This document shows, piece after piece, positions 1-11,910 of a stretch of DNA of 64,000 nt. Under the pieces are notes generated by a model that worked only from the letters and a program-made list of their open reading frames with translations, was not told the origin of the DNA and searched no databases. Source of the stretch: Thermodesulfobacteriota bacterium (lineage in GTDB: Bacteria > Desulfobacterota > Desulfarculia > JACQYL01); contig CAXXLZ010000002.1 of assembly GCA_963675595.2 (NCBI GenBank), positions 4,256,001 through 4,320,000 of the forward strand, written 5' to 3'. The position numbers and the translations under genes are program-made. Position 1 is the first letter of the stretch; every line of letters begins with the position of its first letter.

Positions 1-8
1 TCACGGAC

Positions 9-3000
9 ATGTGGAAAATCCCCCCTTGGATAGCCAAGTCCGGGGATGATCGCAGGGCATTGGAACATGTGCTCAGCGTTGTTGCGGATCCTGATGAATT
101 CCTGGCCACGGTGAAGGAAATCTATGGTGACTCCCATGGCGTGTCCTTCGACACGGTGGTCATGAAGGATGGTCGAATTCTTGAACGATACTCCCAACGG
201 CATCGCGTGGGTGACCAAATTGTGGGTCGCGTTTGGAGTTTCCGAGACATTACGGACCAAAAGAGAGACCGAAAACGACTGGAAGAATCGTTGAAGGAGA
301 CTCAGGGCCTTCTGGACGCCTCACGCGCCGTGCTGGAATGCCGCGGCTTCGAAGAGGCCGCCCGCCGGATATTTGATTCCTGCCGCGAAGCTACGGGGGC
401 CCCTTCCGGATACATCGCGTTGTTGAGCGATGACGGGGAGGAAAACGAACTGGTTTTCCTGGAATCCGGGGGATTGCCGTGTAGCGTCGACCCTGGGCTG
501 CCCATGCCGGTGCGAGGCCTTCGGGCCGAGGCCTACTCCGCCGCCGAAGTGGTGTACGAGAACGATTTCATGAACAGCCAATGGGTGCGCTATATGCCCC
601 CCGGACACGTGAACATGCGGAACGTGCTGTTCGCACCGATCATGAGTGACGGCAAGGCCGTGGGAGTCATCGGGCTGGCCAACAAGCCCGAAGACTTCAC
701 CCCGGAAGACGTGCGTATCACCCGGGCTTTGGGAGACATGGCGGCCATAGCGCTGCGCCGAAGTCGGGCCGAGGAGGACCTTCGCCGTAGCGAGCGGTTG
801 ATGGAGACGATCCTCGACACCATTCCGGCGCCGGTGTTCTACAAAGACGTTCAAGGCGTCTACCTGGGCTGCAATCGCGCCTTCCAGGAACTCATGGGTT
901 TGAGCAAGGATTCCATCCTGGGCCGTACCGCTTTGGATATCGCCCCCCCGGAACTCGCTCGCCGATACCACGAAGCCGATCTTGGGTTGATGGAACAGGG
1001 CGAAATCCAGGTTTACGAAACGGAGGTCGAAAACGCGCTTGGAGATAGGCGACAAGTGGTCTTCCACAAGGCCCCTTTTTGCGATCAGGACGGCGGCGTC
1101 ATGGGGATTGTCGGCGCCCTGTTGGACATAACCGAGCGCCAACAGGCCGAACAGCGGCTCAAGAGCGCCCATGAACGAACCAAAGCCCTCATGGATTCGG
1201 TGCAGGCCGGAATCATCCTGGTTCGAGGAGAAGACCGGGTGATTGTGGAAGCCAATCCCGCCGCCGCCCGACTGATGAACGTCCCGATGGAAGAGCTGAT
1301 CGGAAGTAGCGCCAAGAAGTACTTATGTCCAAAAGAAGCGGACCAATGCCCCGTTTTCGACATGGCGCATGACTTGGACACTTCCGAAGATGAACTTCGA
1401 ACGCGCGACGGTCGGAAGATTCCCATCCTCAAGACCGTGACCCGCATTGAAATCAACGGCAAGAAACATTTGCTCGAATCGTTCGTGGATATCTCGGATT
1501 TGAAACAAACCGAGGAGGAACTGCGCCGAAGCCGGGAACAGTTCATGCTGGCGGTCAATGGGGCTCAGGACGGCATTTGGGATTGGGACCTCAGGGACGG
1601 CACCTTGTTTCTTTCCCCCAAGTGGAAAGAAATGATCGGCTATCGCGATGAGGAAATAACCAACGACTTTTCCTCTTTCGAGGATCGCGTGCATCCCGAA
1701 GACAAGCCAAGGGTGATGCAGGCCCTTGACCGATACCTGAAACGACAGACACCCGTTTATTCCATTGATTTCAGATTTCGACATCGAGACGGCTCCTACC
1801 GGTGGATCTTGGCCCGAGGGGAGGCGATCTTCGATGAAAGCGGGAACCCTTTGCGCATGGCCGGTTCCCACACCGATATCACTCAGCGAAAGCAGGTGGA
1901 AGAAGCGTTGAGACGCGCCAACGAGGTTCTGGTCCGCAGTCCCGCCGTGGCCTTCACCTGGAAGAACGCCGAAGATTGGCCCGTTGAATACGCCTCCGAA
2001 AATGTGGAGCAATTGTTCGGCTGGAAAGCCGGCGACTTTGTTTCCGGATCGGTAGGTTACGCCCGAACCATACATCCCGACGACCTACCGCGCGTCTGGG
2101 AGGAGGTTTTTAGGGCCGCCGCCGACCCCCAAACCTACTCGGTGTGCCATGAGCCCTATCGGATCGTTGCTCGCGACGGAACGACCAAATGGGTCCAAGA
2201 CATGACGAGCGTTCGACGGGACAAGAACGGAAAGATATTAGCTTACGAGGGCATCCTGCTCGACATCACGGATATCAAGAATACTCAGGAGGAGCTGAAC
2301 AAGCGTCTCAACTACGAGGCGAAACTGGCCGAAGCGTCCGCGGGTCTCCTTTCCGAAAAATCTCCCAACGAGAATATTACGGACGCACTGTCCTGCCTGC
2401 GAAAGGCTGCCGGCGTATCACGATCCTATCTGTTTGAAAACTTTGAAGATACGCACCACGGTCTGTGCATGCGGCTGATTTGTGAGGACTGCGCCCTGGG
2501 AGTGCCGGCTCGCATGGACGACCCGCTCTTCCAGCATGTGCCCTACTCCCATGGTTTCCAGCGATGGCGCGAGATCCTATCGGCCGGCAATGTCATAAAG
2601 GGCGAAGTGGATACTTTCCCCGAGTCCGAACGCATTATGGCGAGACCCCAAGGCATTCGTTCCCTTTTGGCGCTTCCTCTTTGGGTGGGCGGGAAGTGGT
2701 TGGGCTTCATCGGTTTCGATGCAACCGATCCGGCAGGGAATTTGGACGAAGAAGAAATACGCATGCTGAAGACGGGCGCCATGATGATAGGAGGCTATCT
2801 GACCCTGATCCGGACCGAAACGGCCCTCCGACGCGCCAAGCAGCGGGCCGAAAGTCTCAACGAGAGTCTTCGCAATCAAACCTTGCTGGCCGAAGAAATG
2901 GCCGAGCGGGCGGCCAGGGCCAGTTCCGCAAAAAGCGAATTTCTGGCCAACATGAGCCATGAGATCCGCACCCCCATGAACGGGGTGATCGGTATGACGG

Positions 3001-4901
3001 GTTTGTTGCTGGATACCGGACTGACGGAGGAACAGCGTCGATACGCCGAAGTGGTGAAATCCAGCGGAGAATCCCTGCTGGCCATTATCAACGACATTTT
3101 GGATTTCTCCAAGATCGAAGCCGGAAAGCTGGACTTGGAGGTGTTGGATTTCAACTTGCAGGACCTCCTAGACGACTTTTCGGCAACCATGGCTTTGCGC
3201 GCGCACCAAAAAGGACTGGAATGGCTTTGCAGTGCGGCCCCGGACGTTCCTCTGTCTCTACGTGGCGATCCGGTGCGACTCAGACAAGTCCTCACCAATC
3301 TCGCGGGCAACGCCGTGAAGTTCACCCACACCGGGGAAGTGGCGGTTCTGGTGTCCACGGCATCACAAAGGGGAGACGACGTCTTGCTCAAGTTCTCAGT
3401 TCGCGACACGGGCATCGGCATACCGGAGAACAAGTTGAGCGGGCTGTTCACCAAGTTTTTCCAGGCGGACGCCTCCACCACCCGCCAATTCGGGGGTACG
3501 GGGCTGGGATTGGCCATTTCCAAACAGTTGGTTCAGATGATGGGTGGGGACATCTGGTTAGAGAGCAGAGAGGGCGAAGGGTCCGAATTCCATTTTACCC
3601 TGCGGTTCGTCAAAGGCGCTCCGGACACGTCTACGGAGTCTCAGGTATGCGACGTCTTGAAGGATGTGCGAACGCTCATTGTGGACGACAATGCCACCAA
3701 TCGAGAAATCCTGATGACCCGGTTGCGCTTTTGGGGGATGCGGCCCGCAGAAGCCGCGGATGGTCCTTCGGCCCTGGAAACGCTCCTGGAGGCCAAAGCA
3801 CAGGGCGATCCCTTTCGTCTAGCGGTGATCGATATGCAGATGCCCGGCATGGCCGGAGAGGAGCTGGCGCAAGCCGTGAAAGCCGATCGTCGCCTTTCAG
3901 ACACGCGTATGGTGATGCTTACTTCCTTGGGAACGCAGGGAGATATCCGTCGCCTGAACAAAATAGGTTCTCATGCCGCTCTCTCCAAGCCCGTGCGACA
4001 TCGTGACCTTCACGGTGTCTTATCTCAGGTGCTTTCAGGCTCCGAACCCCTGGACGGGACCAGCGAAACTGAATTGCAATCCGGTCCGGAACCTACCGAA
4101 CTGTTTTCGGGAAGGAATGTACGAATACTTCTTGCCGAAGACAACTTCACCAATCAGCAAGTGGCCTTGGGTATGCTCAAGAAGTTGGGCCTACAGGCGG
4201 ACGCCGTTGCCGACGGAAACGAGGCTCTCAAGGCGCTATCCTCCTTCGTTTACGATCTCGTACTTCTGGACGTCCAGATGCCCGTGATGGACGGGATCGA
4301 GACCGCGCGAAGGATACGAGACCCGCATTCCGATGTCCTCAATCACCGTGTGCCCATCATCGCCATGACCGCCCATGCCATGAAAGGGGATCGCGAGAAG
4401 TGTCTGCAGGCGGGCATGGACGACTACCTGACGAAACCCATTGTCCTGGGTACACTGGCCGCCAAGCTGCAAATATGGATGGGAGAGACGGAGCGGAGAG
4501 ATAACGGGACGGAGAATTCCGAAACGGCACTCGAGGAACTGCCGGTGTTTGATCGCGTCGGGGCGCTTAAGCGACTTGGGGGCGACGAAAGTCTACTGAA
4601 GACGATCGGTGAAATATTTCTTCAGGATGTGCCGTCCCAGATTCAGAATCTGAAGGAGTGCTTCGACCGAGGAGACACTGAGGAGTTCGGACGTTACGTG
4701 CACAGCATCAAGGGAGCGTCCGCCGGGGTGGGCGGCGAGAGGCTTCGCAACATCGCCGCTGAAATGGAGCAGGCCGCCCGATCGGGATCGTTGGATAAGG
4801 CCGGCTCTCATATGAATGAATTGGAAACGCAGTTTGCGACGCTCAAGGAACTGCTTCAATCCACAATCCTGAAACCAACATCGCAAAAGGGAACGACGTG
4901 A
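9..4901 (+). CDS. Hybrid sensor histidine kinase (PAS/GAF-HisKA-HATPase-REC-REC-Hpt); probably extends 5' beyond the window
   Basis: [16 protein letters not shown]-box, GGTGLGL G2 box, two receiver domains, HSIKGAS Hpt motif. Confidence 0.95.
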   Translation: MWKIPPWIAKSGDDRRALEHVLSVVADPDEFLATVKEIYGDSHGVSFDTVVMKDGRILERYSQRHRVGDQIVGRVWSFRDITDQKRDRKRLEESLKETQGLLDASRAVLECRGFEEAARRIFDSCREATGAPSGYIALLSDDGEENELVFLESGGLPCSVDPGLPMPVRGLRAEAYSAAEVVYENDFMNSQWVRYMPPGHVNMRNVLFAPIMSDGKAVGVIGLANKPEDFTPEDVRITRALGDMAAIALRRSRAEEDLRRSERLMETILDTIPAPVFYKDVQGVYLGCNRAFQELMGLSKDSILGRTALDIAPPELARRYHEADLGLMEQGEIQVYETEVENALGDRRQVVFHKAPFCDQDGGVMGIVGALLDITERQQAEQRLKSAHERTKALMDSVQAGIILVRGEDRVIVEANPAAARLMNVPMEELIGSSAKKYLCPKEADQCPVFDMAHDLDTSEDELRTRDGRKIPILKTVTRIEINGKKHLLESFVDISDLKQTEEELRRSREQFMLAVNGAQDGIWDWDLRDGTLFLSPKWKEMIGYRDEEITNDFSSFEDRVHPEDKPRVMQALDRYLKRQTPVYSIDFRFRHRDGSYRWILARGEAIFDESGNPLRMAGSHTDITQRKQVEEALRRANEVLVRSPAVAFTWKNAEDWPVEYASENVEQLFGWKAGDFVSGSVGYARTIHPDDLPRVWEEVFRAAADPQTYSVCHEPYRIVARDGTTKWVQDMTSVRRDKNGKILAYEGILLDITDIKNTQEELNKRLNYEAKLAEASAGLLSEKSPNENITDALSCLRKAAGVSRSYLFENFEDTHHGLCMRLICEDCALGVPARMDDPLFQHVPYSHGFQRWREILSAGNVIKGEVDTFPESERIMARPQGIRSLLALPLWVGGKWLGFIGFDATDPAGNLDEEEIRMLKTGAMMIGGYLTLIRTETALRRAKQRAESLNESLRNQTLLAEEMAERAARASSAKSEFLANMSHEIRTPMNGVIGMTGLLLDTGLTEEQRRYAEVVKSSGESLLAIINDILDFSKIEAGKLDLEVLDFNLQDLLDDFSATMALRAHQKGLEWLCSAAPDVPLSLRGDPVRLRQVLTNLAGNAVKFTHTGEVAVLVSTASQRGDDVLLKFSVRDTGIGIPENKLSGLFTKFFQADASTTRQFGGTGLGLAISKQLVQMMGGDIWLESREGEGSEFHFTLRFVKGAPDTSTESQVCDVLKDVRTLIVDDNATNREILMTRLRFWGMRPAEAADGPSALETLLEAKAQGDPFRLAVIDMQMPGMAGEELAQAVKADRRLSDTRMVMLTSLGTQGDIRRLNKIGSHAALSKPVRHRDLHGVLSQVLSGSEPLDGTSETELQSGPEPTELFSGRNVRILLAEDNFTNQQVALGMLKKLGLQADAVADGNEALKALSSFVYDLVLLDVQMPVMDGIETARRIRDPHSDVLNHRVPIIAMTAHAMKGDREKCLQAGMDDYLTKPIVLGTLAAKLQIWMGETERRDNGTENSETALEELPVFDRVGALKRLGGDESLLKTIGEIFLQDVPSQIQNLKECFDRGDTEEFGRYVHSIKGASAGVGGERLRNIAAEMEQAARSGSLDKAGSHMNELETQFATLKELLQSTILKPTSQKGTT

Positions 4902-5287
4902 AAATACTCATTGTGGAAGACGACTTTACCAGCCGAGTGATCCTTCAGGAATTTCTGAAGACTTACGGCACGCCCCATGTGGCGGTGAACGGAAAAGAAG
5001 CCGTCGAGGCCGCGCGCAAAGCCGGGGAAGCGGGCGAGCCCTATGACCTCATCTGCCTGGATATCATGATGCCCGAGATGGATGGACAACACGCGTTGAA
5101 GGCGATCCGGGCCGACGAGGAAGCCAGGGGCGTTTTGTCCTCCAACGGAGCCAAAATCGTCATGACCACCGCACTGGACGACTTCAGGAACGTAACCGAC
5201 GCCTATGGCGCTCTCTGCGACGGCTACCTGGTCAAACCCATCGCAAAGGACCGTTTGTTGGAAGAGTTGAAGAAGTTGGGATTTTAG
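4898..5287 (+). CDS. Single-domain CheY-like response regulator
   Basis: ILIVEDD, LDIMMPEMDG, YLVKP; overlaps the kinase stop (GTGA). Confidence 0.93.
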   Translation: MKILIVEDDFTSRVILQEFLKTYGTPHVAVNGKEAVEAARKAGEAGEPYDLICLDIMMPEMDGQHALKAIRADEEARGVLSSNGAKIVMTTALDDFRNVTDAYGALCDGYLVKPIAKDRLLEELKKLGF

Positions 5288-5333
5288 TGCTTAAAGGACG
5301 GATCAAGACCTCATTCAACGGAGTCAAAGGAGT

Positions 5334-5879
5334 ATGAGTACCGAAACTATTTACTGGATTGATGAGAAGGACGTGATTTGTCAGGTGTCGGGGCCTTGGG
5401 ACGATTTTGCATTGGAAAACAACGGGAGCGAAGCCTGTGCAAATTTTGTGGTCGGCAAACCCATCTGGAATTTTATTGTTGGTGATACGGCCAGAATGTG
5501 GATGAATGCGATCATAGGATTGTCGAGAATAAAACGGGAATCGGTGGAAAGACAGTACAGGTGTGATTCTCCTTCTCTGAAACGATACATGATGATGAGG
5601 CTTCAATCTGAGGATTCGAACATTGTAAGAGTTGAACATGAGCTTCTATTCACCGAGCTTATGGACCCTCCAATGAACTTCAAATATACCGGAATACCCC
5701 TTTCAACCGGCATCCTGCGTTGCAGCGTATGCAACAAGATCCAAGTAAAAGAAGGATGGTATGAACCAGACGAAGCCGTCCATAAGTTCAATCTGGTTAC
5801 GGATGATTTTCTATCCATCAGCTATGCGGTTTGTGAAAAATGCGACAGTTCTGTGGATGAAGTATTACGGGAAGCATGA
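5334..5879 (+). CDS. Hypothetical protein with PAS-like N-terminus and C-terminal CxxC/CxxC
   Basis: 181-aa ORF with AAGGAG SD; RCSVCNK and CEKC motifs. Confidence 0.75.
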   Translation: MSTETIYWIDEKDVICQVSGPWDDFALENNGSEACANFVVGKPIWNFIVGDTARMWMNAIIGLSRIKRESVERQYRCDSPSLKRYMMMRLQSEDSNIVRVEHELLFTELMDPPMNFKYTGIPLSTGILRCSVCNKIQVKEGWYEPDEAVHKFNLVTDDFLSISYAVCEKCDSSVDEVLREA

Positions 5880-5885
5880 GCGGAC

Positions 5886-6191
5886 ATGCTTTGCGACGTC
5901 GCCGTGCTCATAGAATCCACCTCCGCTTGGGTCTGGGCCTATGCCCGAGAAATGGATCACCCGGAAATCTATGAATGGGAACCTTGGGACGAGCGATTTG
6001 TTCTCAAAACGCGCGGACTCGCGCTGCATGCCAATGCAGCGGTGGAACGAGTGTGCAGCAGAGCCATGGATTTCATGGGATCCTACGGTTACGCACGAGA
6101 GTTCGATATCGAAAAACACTGGCGCGACCAGAAAGTCATAGGCCTCTGGATGGGGGGAAAAGGGCTGAAGACGCTGGAAAATGCCCCTTAG
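5886..6191 (+). pseudogene. C-terminal fragment of an acyl-CoA dehydrogenase
   Basis: AMDFMGSYGYAREFDIEKHWRDQKVIGLWMGG is an ACAD C-terminal signature; the N-terminus is absent. Confidence 0.8.
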
Positions 6192-6440
6192 TGGTATGAA
6201 CTGCAGACTCTTTGATTGATAGAGTGCTTCTTGTAGTGTTCGTGCGGTGTGTTTAGATTCACTACCCGACAGTCCCGGCGCTTGAAATCCGGGGCTGCCC
6301 ATCAAACACGTCGCGACCGACAACCCCGGCAAAGTTGGAAGCTCCCGACACTGCATCCAAGTATCGAGCAGATATTTCCCGCGCTGGGAACATCATGATT
6401 GGATTAAGCTTTAAGCCAAAAATGCCTGGAACTTGATTAC

Positions 6441-9400
6441 ATGGAAAAGAAATCGACCATAAAGGCGCTACAGGATCAGATCGAGACCCTTTCGAATATG
6501 ATAAGTAGTGCGGCTGACGGTATTTGCGTTTGCCACAATATTCCGGAATTCCCCTATGTCCGCTTTACCCATTGGAACCCTCGCATGTATGAAATTACAG
6601 GGTATACCATGGAGGAGATAAATCGCCATGGTTGGTACCAAAGCTTGTATAAGGACCGGCAGGTACGGCAAAAGGCGATTGAGCGCATGGCCGAAATGCG
6701 CGCAGGACAGGACATCCATGCTGAGGAGTGGCGGATCACCGCAAAAAATGGGGTAAACAAGCACCTATCCATTTCCACCTCGATTGTAAAGGCCGAGTAC
6801 GACCAAGTCCATGTGCTGGCGGTCATACAGGACATCACCGAACGTAAGAAGGTGGACCAAGCCTTGGCGTATGAGCTGGAGTTCCAGAGGGCACTCGCCG
6901 AAATTGCCAACGATTTCATAAACATACCGCTAAACCATATTGACGAAGCTGTGGACCGAGCCTTACAGACGGCGGGCGAATTCGCCGGAGCGGACCGCAG
7001 CTATGTCATTTTATTCGATTTTCAGTCCGACACCCTCTGTAATACCCATGAGTGGTGCCGTCGTAACATCGAATCACAACGGGATAACCTGCAGGAAATC
7101 ACACTTGAGCCATTTCGTTGGATTATTGGGCAGTTGGCGGACCTCCACGATGTACATATCCCAAAACTAGCCGACATGCCGGCGGATGCGGCTTCGGCCA
7201 GGGAGGAATTCGAGTCTGAGGGCATCCGGTCTTTATTATTGGTGCCCGTCATATCCGAAGGCAAGTGTATTGGAACTGTTGGATTTGATTTCGTAAATCA
7301 GGAACGGTTCTGCACGAAAGGCGAAATTCGGCTCCTGCGCATGTTGGGCGCTACGTTTTCCAACGCGCTGGAACGAAAACACGCCGAGGCAGCACTTCAA
7401 GAAAGCAATAGTCGTCTGCAACAGATGGCTGACACGATCGATGACATCTTCTGGTTGGTGGACTGGGAGACAAAGGCCACCATATTCGCCAGTTCGGCTT
7501 ACGAACGCATATGCGGGCGCAAACTACAGGATCTGTATGATCACCCAAAAAGCCGGCTGGAAACGGTCCACATTGAGGATCGGGATAATCTGTCGGAGAA
7601 ATTTCTCAGACTGGATGAGGGCGGGCAGTTCGACGAAACGTATCGCATCGTTTTGCCGGACGGTTCCATCCGCCGGCTCCGCGATCGTGCATTCCCCATC
7701 TTTGATGAGACCGGCCATATCAATCGTGTCGCCGGGATCGCACAGGATATCACCGAGCATTTGCGCAAGGAAAGCATCACCAAAGCACGATTAGAACTTT
7801 CGGAACTCTCCACCGGGTTGTCTACCCGGGAGTTGCTGCAGGCCTTTCTGGACAAAGCGGAAGAGTTGACTGGCAGCACCATCGGTTTCTTCCATTTCAT
7901 TGATTCAGATCAGCAAACCATACATCTCCAAACCTGGTCCACCCGGACCCTTACCGATATGTGCACCACGGATGTCGACATAAGGCATTACCCTATCGAC
8001 AAGGCCGGAGTCTGGGCGGATTGTGTTCGGCAAGGCCGTGCCCTGGTTCATAACGACTACTATAGCCTGTCAAACCGCCGGGGGTTGCCGGAGGGACATG
8101 CTCCGATCATCCGTGAACTGGTAGTGCCGGTCCATCGCGACAATCGCATTGTTGCCATTCTTGGGGTCGGCAATAAGGCCGCCGACTATTGTGAAGATGA
8201 CCTCACAACCGTTTCCGAATTGGCCGGCGTGGCTTGGGATATCATCGCCCGCAAACAAGCTGAGGAGGCGCTTCGAGAGAGTGAAGAAAGGTACCGATCC
8301 ATTTTGAAGTCTGCAATGGATGGGTATTGTATGACGGATATTGAAGGTAAAATCATAGATGTCAACGAGTCTTACTGCACAATGAGCCAATACACGGAAT
8401 CCGAATTACTGAAGATGCGAATCCTTGACTTAAAAGCCACAGAAGACCCTGATCAGTTGAACGAACATATAAAGGAAGTTACCCTTAAAGGCTACGATCG
8501 TTTTGAATCCAAACATCGAAAAAAAGATGGCACAATCTACGATGTTGAAGTCAGTGTTCAGTTCTTTATGGAAAATGGTGGCAGATTGGTATCGTTTATC
8601 CGAGATATTACAAAACGCAAAAGAGCCGATTACATTCTAAAGCAATATCAAGAAAAACTGGAACATATGGTGGAAGATAGAACGTTAGCTCTTTTTAAGG
8701 CTAAAGAAGAAGCCGAGATAGCCAACAAGGCCAAAAGTGAGTTTCTAGCCAACATGAGCCATGAAATCAGAACGCCTATGAACTCGCTAATTGGTTTTTC
8801 TCAAGTTCTTAAAGACCAATACTTCGGTTCATTAAATATGGAACAGCAAGAATATGTTGATTATATATTGGAAAGCGGTAATAGACTGCTATATTTGATA
8901 AATGATATATTGGATTATTCAAAAATAGAAGCAGGTAAGCTTGAAATCAGAGTGGAAGAGTTTAATCTGCGTGAGCTGCTTCATGATATTTATAGTACTA
9001 CGTCTATATTGGCGTCAAAAAAAGCTTTACAGATTAATATAATCATCAACGATAACGTACCCGAAAGGATCAAGAGCGATGCCTACCGCCTGGATCAGAT
9101 ACTAAGAAATTTGATCAGCAACGCCATAAAATTCACAGAAGAAGGCTTTGTTACCATTAGTGTCAACCTTGCGGGTGAAAACGAATTGCTGTTTTCCGTA
9201 GAAGATACCGGCATCGGTATCGAGACGAAAAAGATCGATCAGATATTTGATGCCTTTGTACAGGCCGACAGCTCTACCACAAAAGTATATGGTGGAACCG
9301 GGTTGGGATTAGCCATATCAAGACAATTGGTTTCCGGTTTGGGAGGTCGAATCTGGGTTCAGAGTGAAATTGGCAAGGGAACGACCTTCTTCTTCACCAT

Positions 9401-9863
9401 AAAGCTCGTGACCAGTCAGGATGAGCTATCTGAAAAGAGCTGCGAGCGTGTTAGTCCCAAAGTATCGCCTGTATCCGAGATTTCGCGTAACTTCAAAGTT
9501 CTGCTGGTTGAAGATGATCACTTCAACCAAAAGGCGATCAGTTTTTTTCTAAAAAGAGCAGGACATACGGTTACGATTGTCGACAATGGTAGGATGGCGC
9601 TTGACGCTCTGATGCATAATAAATTTGATATCGTGCTTATGGATGTACAAATGCCTGAAATGGATGGAGTTGAAGCGGCGAGGTCGATAAGGTCATTTGC
9701 ATCCAACAACATAAATACTCAAATTCCAATCATCGCTCTGACGGCGTACGCCATGGTGGGCGATAAGGAGAAGTTTTTGGCGGCCGGCATGAATGACTAT
9801 GTTACCAAACCTGTTGATTATCCTGTTCTTCTTATGAAAATGGTCCAACTTCTCGCGAATTAG
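6441..9863 (+). CDS. Hybrid sensor histidine kinase (PAS-GAF-PAS-GAF-PAS-HisKA-HATPase-REC)
   Basis: [37 protein letters not shown]. Confidence 0.95.
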   Translation: MEKKSTIKALQDQIETLSNMISSAADGICVCHNIPEFPYVRFTHWNPRMYEITGYTMEEINRHGWYQSLYKDRQVRQKAIERMAEMRAGQDIHAEEWRITAKNGVNKHLSISTSIVKAEYDQVHVLAVIQDITERKKVDQALAYELEFQRALAEIANDFINIPLNHIDEAVDRALQTAGEFAGADRSYVILFDFQSDTLCNTHEWCRRNIESQRDNLQEITLEPFRWIIGQLADLHDVHIPKLADMPADAASAREEFESEGIRSLLLVPVISEGKCIGTVGFDFVNQERFCTKGEIRLLRMLGATFSNALERKHAEAALQESNSRLQQMADTIDDIFWLVDWETKATIFASSAYERICGRKLQDLYDHPKSRLETVHIEDRDNLSEKFLRLDEGGQFDETYRIVLPDGSIRRLRDRAFPIFDETGHINRVAGIAQDITEHLRKESITKARLELSELSTGLSTRELLQAFLDKAEELTGSTIGFFHFIDSDQQTIHLQTWSTRTLTDMCTTDVDIRHYPIDKAGVWADCVRQGRALVHNDYYSLSNRRGLPEGHAPIIRELVVPVHRDNRIVAILGVGNKAADYCEDDLTTVSELAGVAWDIIARKQAEEALRESEERYRSILKSAMDGYCMTDIEGKIIDVNESYCTMSQYTESELLKMRILDLKATEDPDQLNEHIKEVTLKGYDRFESKHRKKDGTIYDVEVSVQFFMENGGRLVSFIRDITKRKRADYILKQYQEKLEHMVEDRTLALFKAKEEAEIANKAKSEFLANMSHEIRTPMNSLIGFSQVLKDQYFGSLNMEQQEYVDYILESGNRLLYLINDILDYSKIEAGKLEIRVEEFNLRELLHDIYSTTSILASKKALQINIIINDNVPERIKSDAYRLDQILRNLISNAIKFTEEGFVTISVNLAGENELLFSVEDTGIGIETKKIDQIFDAFVQADSSTTKVYGGTGLGLAISRQLVSGLGGRIWVQSEIGKGTTFFFTIKLVTSQDELSEKSCERVSPKVSPVSEISRNFKVLLVEDDHFNQKAISFFLKRAGHTVTIVDNGRMALDALMHNKFDIVLMDVQMPEMDGVEAARSIRSFASNNINTQIPIIALTAYAMVGDKEKFLAAGMNDYVTKPVDYPVLLMKMVQLLAN

Positions 9864-11910
9864 GAGGCAGGAGTAAGCAATGCGTATCTTTCAGAATAAT
9901 ACGACAGTTTTTTGGTGGGTGAGGACTTCTATAAAGCGAGATTAGTCCAGCGCGATCAACCTGTGGACACACTGTAGATAAACATTCATGCCGATCTTGT
10001 TTCCGAAAAAAGGGATAGAGAATGGCCAAGACTGGGAAAACCACTTATGATGAACTGGAAAAGCGGGTTCTGGAATTGGAGAAAGATGAAGCCGAGCGCC
10101 GGCGTGAGAACAAGTTACTACGTGAGCAGTTACTTCATCAAAGAACGCTAATGGACGCAAGTCTCGACGGCATTGCCATTATCGATCAGAATCACAAAGT
10201 CCGTCAGGCCAACAAGAGTTTTTCGCAAATGCTGGGCTACGCCGCGGAAGAGGTTCTTGGCCTCCATATATGGGATTTCGATGCCTTGATGACTGAGGCG
10301 GAAATCCGTGCCGATTTCGCGGATATTGCGCAAACCCAAACGACCTTCCAAACACGTCATCGCCGCAAGGACGGCACAGTCTACGACGCGGAGGTAACCG
10401 CTTGTGGGGTCCAATTGGGTGATGAGTCCATGGTCCTGACCGTAACCCGGGACATCAACGAGCGCAAGCGATCGGAAGAAGCGCTACGAAAGAGCGAGGC
10501 AAAATTCAAGGGCATTTTTGAGAACAAGGGAACTGCCACGGGTATCTTTGGTGAGGACAGTATAATCAGGGAATGTAACGCTGTCTTCGTCGGGTTGTGT
10601 GGATACTCGAAATCCGAAGTCATTAACAAGATGAAATGGTCGGATTTTGTTATCGAGGAAGACCTTGCAAGAATGCAGAAGTATCATGCTCAACGTTTAG
10701 GGAAAGGAGCCTCCCCCCCTACTCAATATGAATGTAGGATTATTGACAAAAAAAGCGACATTAAAAATGTGATTGTCAATATCAGTGTGGTTGATGAAGA
10801 TCGGGTCGTGTCACTCACCGACATCACCGAGCGTAAGCATGTGGAAGAAGCTTTAGGCGCGAGCGAAAAGCGTTTCAGGGACCTTGTGGAAATGCTGCCG
10901 GAAGCTGTGTTTGAGACCGATCGGAATATGAAATTGGTCTTCGCCAACCTGCATGCTTTCTCTCTTTTCGGATATTCACAACAGGATTTCGACGATGGGC
11001 TCATTGCTTTCGATATGATTGCCCCTGAAGACAGGGACTTGGCAATGACCAATCTGGCGAGGAGGTTCCACGGAAAAGATTTTGGAGCAACCGAATACCG
11101 TGCATTGAAAAAGGATGGCACTGTCTTTCCAATTCTATTACATGCAAGCCCGATTCTTCGGAATGGAATTACCGAGGGGGTCAGAGGCATCATTATAGAC
11201 ATAACCGACCGCAAGCGCGCGGAAGAAGACTTGGCCTTCAAGGAGGCACAGTATCGCGGAATATTCGAAGCGTCGGAGGATGCCTTCCTCATTTTTGACA
11301 TGGATGGCGTTGTGAAAGAAGCGAATCCTGCAGCTTGTAGCATGTACGGTTATTCACATAAAGACATCATAGGCCTGAGTGGACGGGACATAGTGCATCC
11401 CGATTACCAACACCTTTTTCTTGAATTTATTGAGAAGGCCTCTTCTGGCCGAATATTTCAAGCTGAATCCATTGATACACGAAAAAACGGAGCATTTTTT
11501 CATGTCGAAGTTAAGGGAAGCGGTCTCGAATATGATGGGGGCCCGCACCTTCTCGCGATTGTTCGGGACATCACCGAGCGCAAACGGCAGGAACAGGAGC
11601 TGCATCAAACGCGTGCCATCCTGGAGGCCGCAATCAACCAATCACCTTCGGGGATATTAATTGCCGACGCTCCTGATGCCCGTATACGTTTGGGTAACCC
11701 GGCAGCCTTCAGCATCAGAGGTGAGGTAGGCGATAAACTTACCGATATCAATGTAGAACAGCATTCCGCGAATTGGCAAACTTTTTACCCCGACGGTACC
11801 CCCTAGACATAATGGCTGCACGTGCAGGAAAGTAGGCCCGTCTCCTGCGTTGTTGGGTTATGGTGCGAGTAATCAGCACGCCCATCGAACCAACACCAAG
11901 GAGGCAGGCC

